Below are positions 25,301 through 38,800 of a stretch of 64,000 nucleotides of DNA, piece by piece; the first letter of the stretch is position 1, and every line of letters begins with the position of its first letter. The position numbers and the translations under genes are program-made. A model generated the notes under the pieces. The model was not told the origin of the DNA and ran no database searches. It saw only the letters and a list, made by a program, of their open reading frames with translations. The stretch comes from Trichoplax sp. H2. Taxonomy: Eukaryota. The DNA lies in NCBI GenBank assembly GCA_003344405.1, contig NOWV01000020.1:682001-746000 (forward strand), in the 5' to 3' direction.

Positions 25301-26529
25301 AATAAATCCAATATTAAGTTGCGATTTTTTTTATCATTTCGAGCAATAGTTTGTAGTGAAAGTATGTGTGAACTTCCGATATTCTGGAATAAGAATAAAT
25401 TCCATTCATTTACTAGTAACTGCCTCCTTTCCGGATAGATTAAGAAATCAGAAATGATGTAGAATGGATAGTTAAGATCAATGTTTGTTGGAAAGTAACT
25501 AAATAATTTTTTTTTTTTAGCTTCATTGGTTATTTTGCCTTTCTTATTCAATCTGTTAGCAAACATGATACGTGTGCTTTTAGCTTTCTTTAGCGTCTGT
25601 GGGCATTCATAACGATTGTAATGTTGGAGTTTCTCTTGTAAATCTTCAGGAATATCTATGGTGCGCTCTGTTACCAGCCAAGATGTTTTATTTGTTTTTT
25701 TCTTTGGAGTCGTTGAGTCTTTCTTGATTTCGTATCGCTTCAAGTATGTATTATTTTTTGGGGATTCTAGTCCGGCAGTCTTTCCTGATTCTGTATTGCT
25801 GCACTCATTTTCATCTCGTGAAGTTCTTTCTAAACAGATTTTTGTATTATTTGTATTATTCGTCTTATTCGTACAAGTTTCTAAAGAAATCATTTTTATC
25901 TTTCGTAGATACAGCATAAATTGCAGTGATTTTTTAAGATCTTGGAACAAGTCCTCAATAATCTCATCCTTTTTGAGTTTGAATAGGAATTGGGTGTTAT
26001 AGCCTGGAGAAACATTTGCAATACGGTGTGGTAGATCTTTATTCTCTGTCCAGATTGGAATAACTTGCCATGGATAATCAGAAGCTAGATCTGATTGAGA
26101 AGGTTTATTCCATTTTTGATAAGAACTATCGAAGCGAAAAGTATATCCGCCGGATTTGATAAAAGCGGCGTCTGAAAAAACGAATACCGATTTAAATCCC
26201 ATACCTATATAATCGTTATTATTTGAGTTGTTCTTCTTGCTATTAGATTTTGATTGTGTATTGCCACAGATAGCCTCGACATTTCCAAGATCAAAAGCTT
26301 TGCCTGTATGTGAAACGCTTAAATATCTTTCTTTGATTTCAATCTTGAATGATAAGCTGATATCGCTGTGATCGTTGGCGTTTCGTAGCAACTCAAAAAT
26401 AATTTGTTCTCGATTTTTAGCAAAAAATTGAATATCTTCATTGATTCTACCAGCTAGGTTAGCTGCATTGCTGTCATTTTTACATCGCTGGTCGAATATA
26501 TCTTCAATTTCCCCTTTCTTGTCCACCAT
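22360..26529 (-). CDS. Sacsin-like GHKL/HATPase + C-terminal DUF3883 (NO VEIN-type) protein, copy A, 1389 aa, intronless
   Basis: N-terminal ELLRNANDH, HTGKAF...AIC and GMGFKSVF motifs. C-terminal IGKWGEKFAY...W.N...ESKKPYDI...YVEVKST, a PD-(D/E)XK-like motif. Confidence 0.9.
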   Translation of the reverse strand: MVDKKGEIEDIFDQRCKNDSNAANLAGRINEDIQFFAKNREQIIFELLRNANDHSDISLSFKIEIKERYLSVSHTGKAFDLGNVEAICGNTQSKSNSKKNNSNNNDYIGMGFKSVFVFSDAAFIKSGGYTFRFDSSYQKWNKPSQSDLASDYPWQVIPIWTENKDLPHRIANVSPGYNTQFLFKLKKDEIIEDLFQDLKKSLQFMLYLRKIKMISLETCTNKTNNTNNTKICLERTSRDENECSNTESGKTAGLESPKNNTYLKRYEIKKDSTTPKKKTNKTSWLVTERTIDIPEDLQEKLQHYNRYECPQTLKKAKSTRIMFANRLNKKGKITNEAKKKKLFSYFPTNIDLNYPFYIISDFLIYPERRQLLVNEWNLFLFQNIGSSHILSLQTIARNDKKNRNLILDLFEQKLGNNVPKELQEAYKEGVQKALEDTEFIPSDSDPKKLLKFNEAIIDEIEFYKTFSFLDNDNASKIVHHDLKALKKEMRKFSLKELSEKVEIYADECLKKEDGREKYLKLIKMLIGLWNKSESESEREDYKDKKILLANNDILFSSSNLFLPNPKYQKFAAKLQLTLISKDILNIPDAKPCLESLGLKEIQDQIIIEKIAKLLKDGEDIDKDFSIEIVVFLCQFSDNLEIESGKNGGLLNLKLAVTNGSMQLAKDCYLPLEIVFENPPTICHDVNYVSQDYYDKLKSVLEDEQSENLKSTLKHTLKQLGVLETLNFFCDSATYNTLLKKKIPADDLKCYKCYLENYQHLTFSDDFQFHIAYLPYINCLPEADYARIFFQYLQSREKDIIDNIEKFKDDIKKNQLNSNQQDDPEHYLTFMLNKAECIKATNDKCYRMNQLYTNESTFIDDLGEDLGRILPQMQTIFDDCTITLSSKLMHLLGARKTLSVEDAIKLFEAITTKENEYITKFGNIYQKIIISQWDDQDLEKLRKANIELPSTDGSLKLAKSLCFISCPKTFVQPNQYMLKRPDNLTIANMKIICKYFSIQIIDEKSINGSIIKEDSSLSCDKTRQLIFNLLLYTTLSVNERKDYIKQLYDKWRNCLKNINFNLVDSLYIKRSPDKEDQNRFSAKVILYDQDLSFVKDILLKDIIDVLINYLKSNLDQEKEKTHVDVLRRLSCTWDPEDLSKWLEEQMSDSLGSPRNDKDLKIKLEDLKFVNSNEVDNLGKPNSGRNHATNFPIITRERVTSRLSKQPFNQSQPSSIHTDPNKQSPCSIPRANEKQENSEISKASNQEIGKWGEKFAYLYLQDYYKRDLKEFHVDTDGNSYTLSGYDKNDKKVTYKIVWENYENESKKPYDIKITKNGKESYVEVKSTTYHDNASFNITEKEWETMCDKGDNYELFLVYNAGNKREGPIKRIKNLPSKITTSHRPLRLVVKF

Positions 26530-29458
26530 TTTCTATTAACATCGACGTCTATCTCTCTCCCTTGGTACCTATATTAATATTGATAATAAAGGTTCATATA
26601 TATTTCAATGTTAATAATAGTAATAGATATATTTGTATTTACATATATGTAAATGTATAAGTACAATGATTACACTAGACAATAGGGGAAGCGGGTTTAT
26701 ACTTTCTATAATAATTTATTGTCAAAATTTTGAAATTTGCCTTAACTCTTAGATTAGACAAAGTGTTATAGCTGGAGTCTTATGATGAAAGAATTAAAAT
26801 GTAGCAATACTATCGCTTCAAAATGCTTTTATCTATAATATGAAAATTGATGGTAGTACGAGCAGCTTTCTTTATTTAATATTGTTTTAGTACGGCTAAG
26901 TGTAATTTTAGAATTTCTATCAAAGAATTCTTCATAGTAGTTTGAGATAATAATTGCTGCATCTTTCTACACTGTATAATCCAACGATAAAATCGATCAA
27001 AGTATCTTATTGAAATATAAACGGCATTTGTTGTAAGGGAACAGAAGGGCATTCACATGCCTATAAGACTTTTATGTCTGCTATACAATATCAACGTGAA
27101 AGTTCGGAATATTATAGTCTAAAATAGGTTATCGCAGCTCATGGCTATATTAAGGGACTTGATAAATATTTTACTCGCTGCAAGTATGAGCAATAAAGAG
27201 TTAATAATAGTCGACTTAGGCTTTGCTTTTAATACTGAGTTAGAGTAAAGCAAGAGAAATACAAGACCCATTAAAAAAGTAATGGGACTGCTTCGATATC
27301 TTGAAAATACTTTATTTATTCATAACATTTAACGTTAAAACCTTCAAAGTAATCACCGACAGCTTCATCGCACTTACTCGTACGTAATCAAGGTTGATTT
27401 TTAGAATTCTCTTTCAAAAATTACACTATAGAAGTAATTTATAGCTGTAAGAAAAAAATGAAGTATTGATGAAGTAGAAAAATCCAGGAATCTTACCCAC
27501 TGTTAGTAGTTTTGACTAATTTAATTAATTAATTACGCTAGAAATTATCCTTGAAATCAATATTCTGCAAACTCGATCACTTTATCCAGCCTGCAATTAT
27601 GCAATTTATTATTATTATTCCATCTTAATTTTGTTAAGTACTATATTGAGTTATATATATTATTTTGCAAGTTTAACTTGGCCGACATTTAGTACGTTTC
27701 GGCTAAACTGTAAATATACGCTCGTTAAGTTAATATAGTCCTGAATACTTTAGTTTTAAAAATAGAAAATAATTTATAATAGGTTACTAGCTAAATTTGG
27801 AAAGGAATTATTTGTAGAATCTGTCTGAACTTGTGTGATAAACTTTCATAGCTTCGTTGCAATTACTTTGGAATAGCACATAATAGTTTTATACCAGTAA
27901 TAAATCTTAAGTTTTTGTAACACCAACTACTCTGTAAAATACTGTATATGAAGAGCTACGTAATTTGGTAGTGCTGTTATAGAAATTGTAGAGAAGTGCT
28001 AGATGTTTGAGAGGTTATATTGAAGTAAGATATTATGGTTATTTGCTGTACTAGTTGCTAGTATTTCCAGCTTCTGTTATAACTTCTTTTCCATTGGTAG
28101 TTGCCATTGTACTACGTTTCATTTACGATTATTTATACGTTTGGTATTAGAATAGATCAAGATTAAGATAAAGATGGTATTTCTCTCAAAAGATGCGCTG
28201 GTTCAGGTAGGGTATTATTGCAGTTGTAGTAAGTCCCAAAATTTTTCCTTTATCACTAATAAAAGTCTCTGAACGGGTAGGAAATTAAATGACATGAAGT
28301 CTGCTATTAGTCAAAAATATGTCAATGTCACTATTTTTAATTCACTATTATAGCTTGAGTATTGCTAACTACGGCGATACTTGAACGATAGTAAAGGCTA
28401 GAAAACGTTGTAATTCTCGTTGACAATCTATCTTAAGGCGGTGAATGTTTTTAACTGGAAACATGCCTTAATAATAGAATATTGCTCTAATGTCATAGAA
28501 TTAAAATTGTAATTGGTACTTTGAAATACAGCTCAGCTCTTTCATTCCGCTACATGATTGCAATTTACTATGGACTATCTAACTACTGTGAAAGATAAAC
28601 TATTTACTAGCTATAATTACCTGCTTCAGAATTGCTTGCTTGGCTTTACTTCTGGTATTTATCGAAGTTAATTAAATGCTAGAAAATTCAGATTTAATGG
28701 ATTAACTTTATCGTTATTATATCCCAACGATAACGAATATTTGTCCAATTTGATAGCTTATTTTCTTCTAAAAATTTTCGAAGCGACTATGGAAAGTTAT
28801 CGTTGTTTTCTATATCAGAATATAGACGAATTTCTAAATCTAATAAAATACTAAGCGTCACTTATTGCGCTTATCTATCCAGGTCTGAGTGATATCAATC
28901 TCGGTAACTCAATCAACATAGCTGTGGTAAGAGAATGGGTAGATAGTACATAAGTAATCAAGTTTTAATCCTAAATTGTTATCTAATAAATAGTAATGTC
29001 TTAAGGCGTTGTTTTTGATTCTACAGAAGAATTGAATGGAGCGTTTTGTTTGATATGCAATCTATTGTATTTATCATTAAACACTATTATTAGTAGTATC
29101 ATTAATAATTGGTAAAAGATAATTAAATACTATGAATATTCATCAGTACGGTGTTGATTAATGTTATTTTGCACATATAAACAATGCTATTTTTTAGATC
29201 TGCTTGGCATGGAAATTTTTCCGAACCACGCCTGGACCCGGAAGTAAATTGATAATAAAGTGGATAAGCACTGTTCCAGTATCTTCAGTGCCATCTACGG
29301 TAGCTAAGCCTTATCGTTTCAAGAATCACATTGCACTTATAAACTTGTAAGATAGTCGAAATACAGCAAGTTCCGAAATCATTTTGTTATCATTATGATT
29401 ACTTGACGCAGATTTGATAGCTCGACTTTATTCTTGTTATGAAACTAAATAATGTAAG

Positions 29459-29532
29459 TGACGTCAATAACCCATCGAATAGATAGCTAGAGCAATTTTT
29501 TGTTAAGAAGTTAAATGATGTATGTGACGTCA
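29459..29532. promoter_or_regulatory. Two perfect CRE-type palindromes (TGACGTCA) inside a short tandem duplication
   Basis: TGACGTCA at 29459-29466 and 29525-29532 with similar flanks; function unproven. Confidence 0.25.
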
Positions 29533-31764
29533 AATAACCTATCAAATTGATAGCTTGGCTTTATTCTTAACCTTCTTCTAGACTGCTCTTGCACAACTTT
29601 TCACGATTTAATTTGTTTTTACCTAAATTAGGAACTTCTAAAAGATTTTCAAAGTATTATAAGATAACTAAGCGTAATTAAATTACAAATAAGTGATGTT
29701 AAAACAATGATTAATACCTCTTAGAATATTTAATTAAATACAAAATGTTGCCGTTGGCACTTTTAAAGGTTTCCTTACAGCAACTACCGATGCTAATTTT
29801 TTCGTGATGACGTAGAATTTAATGTCTAATTAATGGTTTTAAATAATTATGAATAGAATAGTATTGATATTTATAAAAATAACGCATTAACGCACTTAGT
29901 TTTGCCCACCTAAAGTGCAACGGAATAAATAGAACACCGAAAGTGCCAGTCTAAAATCTCTTAAAACTTGAAAGTATAGCACATTCTATTACTGTCTATA
30001 GTACTAAAATCGCAAGGAATCAGCTTATAGTTACTGTATTTTTAATATCGGAACTAAATGGTGATGATCGAGTGACTTAAACTGAGATATTCGATAAATT
30101 TTGAAGCGTGCATTTCAACTTTATGTTGTAACCGTAAACCCGTAACACACAATCTTCTAAACCCTAGTAATGAATTTTTTCCCTTAATGTCATTGTATTG
30201 CCACTAATTAAAAAGTTCTAAATTGTTACTATTCATAATAAATCTTATAAAATGCTTCATTGTTATTATAATGGTAATAGAAACTAAATAAACTTTTATA
30301 TCTAGCGTATCGGCGTTCCGTAATTTTCTAACTGATGATTGCATGATTCTAAGAGAAAATCCAGTCGCAGATTAACATTTTATCTCGCCATTCACTTCAT
30401 AATGACCACATTGTACACAATCTTTGCAATGGAACGGTTTAGAGTGCTATATTGATCTCGAAAGTTTGTAACTCAAATAAGGATGTGGTCGCGATGACTT
30501 TTCATCTCTCTATTCATAACCACAAGACAGTACGCGTATGCGAGTATCAGTAACTGTTACGAGCTAGGAATAGCCCTAGCTTGCAGCAAGGATTGAGAGA
30601 GTGATTTGTACCCTTTACTACTATTATTTGGAATACCAGATAATTGGTATTCCAAGGCAGATTGGATTTAACATAGAAAGACCTTCAAGACTTACTAGAA
30701 AATCACAATCTAATTTATTGTCGGCGAACTCGCCGTTTATATAGGCTTCGGACCTAAACCGGTTTAGCTACGCAAGTCACCTTGTCTATTAGAAATTAAC
30801 CAAATTAATACTCTAAAGAGATTCTATCTGTACAGATTAGATACAGCTTAATCCTATTAAATTTACTGTAACAATATTAAAATAATCAATGCTTATTACT
30901 AGTTTAACAGATGCATATAAAGCTTTCCTACCAAGACATTTCATCTAAACTTAGGAATCGTACTTTGAATCTTAACACTTGGAGGTGATAGACATAATCC
31001 AGTTTAGCTGGTTGGCAATTACTACTTTAGTCTATATAATCCTAAATTAAGTATATCAACTGTTAACCACTAAAATTACAATTAAGGAGACCGTAAAACA
31101 TTTCTGAGATATAAACATATATAGAACGTAACATAGAAATAAAGCATACGTCACGAAGATTACTTTCGTGACAGTAATTAAAAACGATGCCATTTAAGGA
31201 AGCGTGTGAGAAAGTACCGTAAATTGTTAAAAGACAACAATGAATTATTTTAGCTTTACCACAGGCACAAGGTGATTGATGAATGGCAGCATTCGATTAT
31301 ATGATGTCAGTTTTCAATTTTGATACATTTACGGAATCAATTCAAAAATAATCCTTTATCTAATATACCAGATTTACGAGTTCTTTCGAATCTTACAAAG
31401 TAATACCATTGAGGACCAGAACTCTACTGTACGTTAAAATTTCGAACTGTTGCGACTTGAAATATTGCCTAATTATTACTTCAGCTAAAGGTATGGCTGT
31501 ATTTATTAATAAATACTAACGTAGAAAGTTACGAACATAAGCTAACGGCAACTTAATAATGATTAGCTTAAAAGAGACTGTAAAACTAGTCTAAAAACAC
31601 AGGATCCTTACTAAATTTTTTAATATAAGCGAAATCTACATCGAACATGGGCAACAATTTTACTATTATGCTATCCTCTTTGTCAAGGTATACATTGGAT
31701 TAAATACATCAACAAGTCGAAAATGTTTTCACTTATTGCACACTACGTATTTACGGTTCAAATG

Positions 31765-34070
31765 TTTGGCAAGTTGATGAGCAAACTTGACACTAGTTAT
31801 CGGCTCATGGCTAATCCACGTACGTATCGTCCATGCGAGATCTACGCTAACGATTATAAATGCACTATTTTATAGCAAGGAGTATCTAATTCGGAAGAGA
31901 CTCATTAGACATGCCATGACAGATTGGTGGGAGATAAAATAATCCTATACAAGTGTTACATTGTGTAGCATTTATTTCCTACAACAGCCACTTCTCACAG
32001 CACTACCATCATTATTAGTCGTATTCATTAACAGAGTGGCGATGGCCAGCGACATGTTTTAGACCTTTGGTATGTGGAGTTTGCCAAAGCTTCTTTTCCT
32101 TGACCTTGGTTAGTTTAAAGTTGCCTGGTAAATTTCTAACCGCTGTCAAATAAGCTTAAGACAAGTGTTTGGAAATGAAGAAGGTGGAGGAAATACTGTA
32201 CGTCTGTGCAGAGACTTAAAATCTTGCACCAGTCGCCCCCGCTTCTCGTAGATTACAGAGATTAGATAGAAATCATTAAGATTAGATTAGATTAGATTAG
32301 ATTAGAGTAAGGATTCTCGATAACATGATGGAGAACAGTTAATTAAAGAACAAAATGACTACAGCACCTTAACGTCTTTCTCTCTCTTCTCTCAGTACTC
32401 CTTAGTAAGGAGGTGCTACCATCACTGAATGTTTTAGTATGTATAATCGGTAAATGGAACGAATGCCACTGAAAGCGCATTTTTACGTTGCCACACGGCT
32501 CTACTACATGAACGTGTATGGGAGAACTAATAGAATTTAGAAATTCTAGAAAAATTGAAAGCGTCATCTGCAAACTTCGATTCTGTTATATATAGTACTG
32601 CTCCATATGGTAATGCTCAGATATAAAATACAATAGTTGTCATACTGTAGGACCATACTAATTCCTGTTCATGTTATCGAGACACTAGAGCCAGCCCGAA
32701 ATAGTCCAAATACAATCAAATCTAAACTCAAATATGTAAGACGCATCAATAAAGCAAAAAAGTAGTTGGTACAGTAAAAGCTAAATCAGGGCCATGCAAA
32801 AAAACATAAGAGGATGTATCTACTGCCAAGATGATCGCCAAGTTGATAAGCAAGATTGACACTAGCCTTCGTTAATCCATCAGTTGCCACTAGGTGATAT
32901 AGCACTACCACAACAATGATTATTACTCGTATTTATCAACAAGATGGCGACAGCCAGCTACATGGTTCAGACCTTTGCTATGTGAATTTGTCAATTTTCT
33001 TTTTCCTTGCTACAGGTTTGTTTGAAGTTGCCTTAAGGCAAATTTCTAACCACTATTAAATGACCTGATGCAAAAATATTTCGAACGGAAAGTGAAGAGA
33101 ATAAGCGTATACAGAAACTCAAAATCGCAAATTACTGGACGGTAGCATTGTTACAAATCGTCTGTTAGTGTACAACACTGTGGAGACCAATAACTTTCAA
33201 AACAGTACTGTATATGACGATTATGACAGCTTTAGCTTACGCCTGAGTATTACCATCCGAATGCTTTAATTTTTTTAGATTTTCTATAGGTTTTCCCAAG
33301 TCCCATTGTAGTACTTTCATTTTTAATTTCTGAAACTTACAATAATAGCAGGGACTAGTAAATGAAAGGCAGAGGAATCTTTTAGCAATGCAAGTTATAC
33401 TGTGAGATTCAATCCTCTAGTACAGTTTCTGCCTTAATGTGCAATTGCATATCATGAGAGTGAAACTCTTCTCAAAACTCTGCTATGATGCTGAAGAGTC
33501 TTGTAAATAGTACTGCACATTGTCCGGTTTTCGATGTTACCAGTTAAAGTAACAGGAGAAATAGTTAGTCATCACATTTTTGCTAGTGAAATTCCTTGAA
33601 ACTGCCTCCCTCTTTCTTTTTGTATTGTAGTTTAATAGTCATTGATGGCATACGACTACGTATCTGTATCTACAGTACTATAAAATGATCGCCATGTTGA
33701 TAAGCAAGATTGACATTAGTCACCATTAATCCATTCATCGTCAATGCGAGAGCTACAGTAGAGACTAATAAGAAATGCCATGATAAAATGATGCAAACTG
33801 TATTAATTATAATTATTGCCGTTGTTTGCACTTATTGCTTTCGTCATTCACCAATCGCAGTACTACAATAATAATTATAATTATAGTTACAATCATCAGT
33901 CATTTGTATTCACAAACAGGATAACCACAACTAGTTTCTGGTTAAGATCTTTGCTAAATGGGTTTGTTAAGGTATTTTCCCTTGGTATCGGTTTGTTTGA
34001 AGTTGCCTTGCAAATTTTTAGTCGCTGTCAAATAACTCGTAGACGTTAAAGTGTTTCGAAATGAAGAATG
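31765..34070. repeat. Three diverged copies of a ~270-420 bp sequence (~31765-32185, ~32825-33095, ~33684-34070)
   Basis: Shared anchors GTTGAT(G/A)AGCAA..TTGACA(C/T)TAG, GA(C/T)CTTTG and GTTT(A/G)AAGTTGCCT...AAATTT.TA occur in the same order in each copy. Confidence 0.75.
32281..32305. repeat. (ATTAG)5 microsatellite
   Basis: Five perfect ATTAG units. Confidence 0.9.
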
Positions 34071-35825
34071 GATGCTAGCGAGCAAAGTAAAGACCTGCTA
34101 TATGTAAACACTCAAGGTTCTAGAGACTGGCTCTTGCATTTTAATAATATGACCTTGAATATGATTTAGTTCGATTCTGTGATAATTAATGCACATCCAT
34201 AGAGGTTTTTTTATTATCTCTATGGTAGGTCTTAATTTTACTGACAATATGGAGTATTACAGTATCCAAGTTTGTCGAATAATACTATCAAATTTTCGTT
34301 ATTATCTGTTCTCTTATTCACGGTAGTATGATCAATGCTTCATATGATAACATAAATAAAGTGTATGTGCTGTTACCTGTAAATTTATTCAACGATGGTA
34401 AATACGGTATTCTGTCTACGTAACACAAAACTCATATACTCTTTTAACGGCTTAGATATGTATAGTTGCATTGTAAGCTTACTTCACAAAGTAGCGTTAA
34501 CAGTATTACTTATCAATAACGATTAATATCAGTCATATTAGTGTCTAAAAGTTTATACTTGCTACGATTATGATACTAAAGGCTCAACATTTTATTTAAT
34601 TAAGATTTTTAAAGACAATATTAATTTAAGAGCGATCAAAAGCTATGAATTCTGCAGCCTTTAAATTTTTCTACTAAATATCTTGATCAGGAGAATGTAT
34701 TGATTTTTCTATAATTACTACCAATTCGCAATCAAAATTTTTGTGGTTGATATCGTGTATTGATGTATAGGTTCTCCTTTTCCAATAATAGAGTGATATA
34801 GCAATAATACTAAATATTTCCAATACTTCGATACACAATTTTCATAATCTTGCTTACTATTACTAATAATACCGATTTCTTTTATTTCCTATCTAAATTT
34901 TCATATTGACATAGATAGTTGTAATAATTTATTATGGCAACTATATAATCAGCTAGCTCTATGTTATCTTTAGAAGTAACAATAAAAGTACTAGCTAGGG
35001 TACTAATATAACAGGTTCACCGATAATAAATTATTTTACAGTACCGCATATGCGTATAGTTGGCGATAGCAATAAAAGATATTTTTTGGTGCGATGTACT
35101 ATAATGGAGTTTCGTTGAATCGGCAATTACTTATTATTTAGAAATTGATGCCATATGGATTTTACTTATCTTTATATAATGAAGCAAATTTTATTTATCA
35201 TAGGTTTATGACGATGTATTATAAATACCAACAGGAACTGAGATAACTCCTTAATTTTAAACATCACATAGCTTATAGCAAATAATGGCATGATGTAACA
35301 AATTATTTGTTTAAAGGCAAATATCTTATTAGCAACCATTTTTACGTAATATTGACAGACTCTGTTAATATTTTAGCATGTCTATAATATAGATATTACC
35401 GTAAAATAAGAGGTAAAACTTATCTTTTACAAAAAAAATGGCGGAAATAAGCCAACTAATGATGTTCCTTCGTTATCAAATTAGTAATCCAATGATAACT
35501 TTAACCTGATCTTTCCTACCTTTAGAATGAAGCGATATTTAAATTAAGATCACAGCTACTTATATTATAACTGTTAACGGGTTTTGACCGTAACCTAACC
35601 ATTTCTAAATAGAATGATAATTTAACGCCTATCTAGGATTAGTAGCTCGATCAGTTTTGCTTTAGCAGTATTTTCATTTATGGCTCGGAAATGATGCCAA
35701 ACAGAATTGGTAAAATAGGTATTTGCTTTCATCTAAAACAAAATATTCAATTCAAAATTAACCTCATTCCAATGTAACACATTGTTATCACATGATTAAT
35801 GACTACAGCTAACATTTCTTATAAG

Positions 35826-38800
35826 CTATATTTTAAAACGAATCTCCTTCGCAGTTGCAGGATTATTCATTAATTGAGATGCAGGATCCTTAATTTGTTT
35901 GATCGTAACCTCCCCTTCTATTCCGGCATTATAAATGCAACATAGTCGATAATTTTTGCCTAGTTGGCACATATACTGCCATTCTTTTTGACTTATCTTG
36001 ATAAAAAGATTTTTATTTCTATAAGTAGTTTTAACTTCAATAAACTTTGAAATATTGTTTTTAATTACTTTTATGTCGGCTGATGAATTGCTTTCTCGAC
36101 TGTAATTAAGCCAAGTTATGGTTACTGATAAGTTTTTTCCTCGACTATCAATGCCTCTCATAAATGCCGTTCCTAAATATTCGTATTCTATTAAAATAAT
36201 ACGAAACTGTTTCCTATAATAGCGTGTATAATATTGAAAAGCAAATTCTTCTCCCCATCGACCAGTCCATCGATTATGGCCCTTATTCTCATTACTGTTA
36301 TTTTCTCTCTCCTTAGAAATACTTCTTATGTGGCCTACTTGATTACGTTGAATAGTAAAATTAGTTGATGTATCTGAATGATTTGTTAAGTTAGTACAAT
36401 GAGTATACTGTACTTGAAGGCCGGTATTTTTAAACAGTGCTTGAGATTTTTCGTCGTATTTCATCAAGCTAATATTAGCTCGGGCAGCATTTACAGGTTT
36501 GCAGTATTGAAGATAATTATCATCTTCAGATGAGCTTGTAGGCTCAGAAATATTTGAATTCGTCTCGCCTGTTTTGCCTACACAAGATGATTTGTTGATA
36601 AGTGTTAGCTGATGAGATACTTTGCGATTGCGAACGAATTCTTCTCTTGATAATTCACTTTTACTATGTTGCTCATAAATTTTATGTGTCCATATACTTG
36701 TTCGAAGCCTTTTACTCTCTGATTCTGTGCCGATGTTATCGTCTTCATCTAAGGATTCGAGAATATATTTTGGTTTTGTGCTGTAGTTCAAATGTGTAAC
36801 ATTTTCCGTAGTATCTCCGCCATCAGAATGGCTTTGTATATCGCCATCTGGTATGCAGTTCTCATCTATCATGAGTAAGGCATTAACGTTATAATTCTTT
36901 TTCTCTAGCCATCTGAGACGATCTTTTTCGGTATTGATTAATGATAATATTTCTAGATACCTTAAATTATCTTCAGATAATTCTAAATATGTTGCAATAC
37001 TTTTTACAATATCATCTAAATTGCTAGTTTCATCAGAATCATTATCATGTAGAAGTTTAGTACCAGTAAGTATAACTTCGATTTTGAAAGTAATTTTTGA
37101 ATTGGCTTTAACCTCAAGTGCAAGTCTTTTAACTGCTAAAATATCGAGTTTATTCAGTTTTGCGTGCCATTTCTTGTATAATCGATTTCGGTAACTTGTA
37201 GATTTCGCTTCTGTTATAACAACCATTTTTAACAAATTTGTAATTAATGTTTTCATTTTTGAATTATCTTTAGGATGATCATAGATTATTTTATAGTCAT
37301 TCGCCGTTAATATTTGAACGCCAAAATAGCGGCAAATCATTAACACATCTTGTACTGTTAGATTTGAAAATGACTTTAAAAGATTTCGATGCCTCACACC
37401 GCATAACTCTTTGTCAGGAATAAAATATAACGAACTGGTATATTGTAAAGATCCATCCGAAGCTAATATTTTGCTATTTGATTGCTTTAATTTTTCGTAA
37501 TAAATATCATCCCAAGGTGATGCTATCACTTGTTTATAAAGGCTTTGAAATTGATCATGATATTTTTGTGGTGATCTTGAATTAATGGCATTTATGAGTT
37601 TGATGACAATTTGCACGGTTAGCTGGTTGCGAGCCCCTAATAACTTCATTAGATCCTCGGCTAGATTGATAGTTATACTACCAAATTTAGTTTGCATCCG
37701 TGGCAAACAGTATTGCAGTTCTTTCTCTATGTGCTCAGCTAACGATGATGTATATAAATCACCCATCGAATAGAATTTTCCATCAGTAGCTAGGATGCAA
37801 GGAGTCTTGTTAAGCATGAATTTTAGATATGGCATAGCAGAATAAGAATAGCTATTTTTGTTAGATTTACTATAAATTTTAAATACTTTCATTCCTTCGA
37901 TGACCGCATCTTGATTTTGAGCTAACTGTTGGAAAAAGAATTTTGCATAATTTTTTACCTTTAAGCAACTCATATAGGGTAAGTAGGCTATATGATAATG
38001 ATAGGACTTATTTAATTGGATCATATTGACATTCGTAATGTAATGACTATATTCTTCAAATTTATCAATATCACTACTATCAGAATTTTGATTGAATTCT
38101 CCACAAAAAAAATGAATTTCCTCTTTAACTTGCAACTGCAGTAGTATCGATTTGACTTTTTCTGCAGTTATTGATGTATGGCGGTAAGATTTGTAATCTA
38201 TAAATCCTATGTCTTCAGTTACAATTTTTTCAAGATCCAAGCGTGGTTTAAGTTCTGATGGCAAATAACAGTCTTTTGCTGCTCTGATGTTACCAGATTT
38301 AGTTAGTAATGGCAATTTATTTAAATTGGAATATTTCAGTTCAAACTCCATTTTGAGGCAACATAATAATTGAACAATTTTAATAGATACGTCGAGATAA
38401 GATGGAGAATGTTGCTTAACTTTGATACCTTTCAAAAAATTTTCAAGGATTTCAATTATTTTTGCGTCCGTTATGTGGCTGACACCTATACTTTTCAACC
38501 ATTTGACTGAATCGGGAATCTCAAGTATGGCAGGATGTATAAAGTCAATTCCTAAAATTGATGGGTATTCTTTCAATTTCCTACTGACTGGTAGATAGAC
38601 AGCAGAACTGTTAGATAATTTATTTTGATCCGTCAATAGAAACGATATTTTTTGCATGTGTGTTCGTAATTCTCTATCTGTATATCCGAATGATGAACAG
38701 GTATTTATCAGAAATTCTATAAGTTTTCCATAGCATGATTTCTCTATACAGATTTCGCTATATTGTTCTAAATTTTCTGTTAGTTTAAGTAAAGTAAAGT

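Noticed and set aside
19713..29340. ~50-bp similar sequence at ~19713 and ~29290 (GCCAT.TACGGTAG...TATCGTTTCAAGAATCA) as boundaries of an element carrying copy A
   Set aside because: Short, diverged, with no target-site duplication or other element hallmark; more likely fragments of a dispersed repeat.
31150..31172. GTCACGAAG-ATTAC-TTTCGTGAC hairpin as a Helitron 3' end or terminator
   Set aside because: No CTRR terminus or U-tract follows and there is no associated gene.
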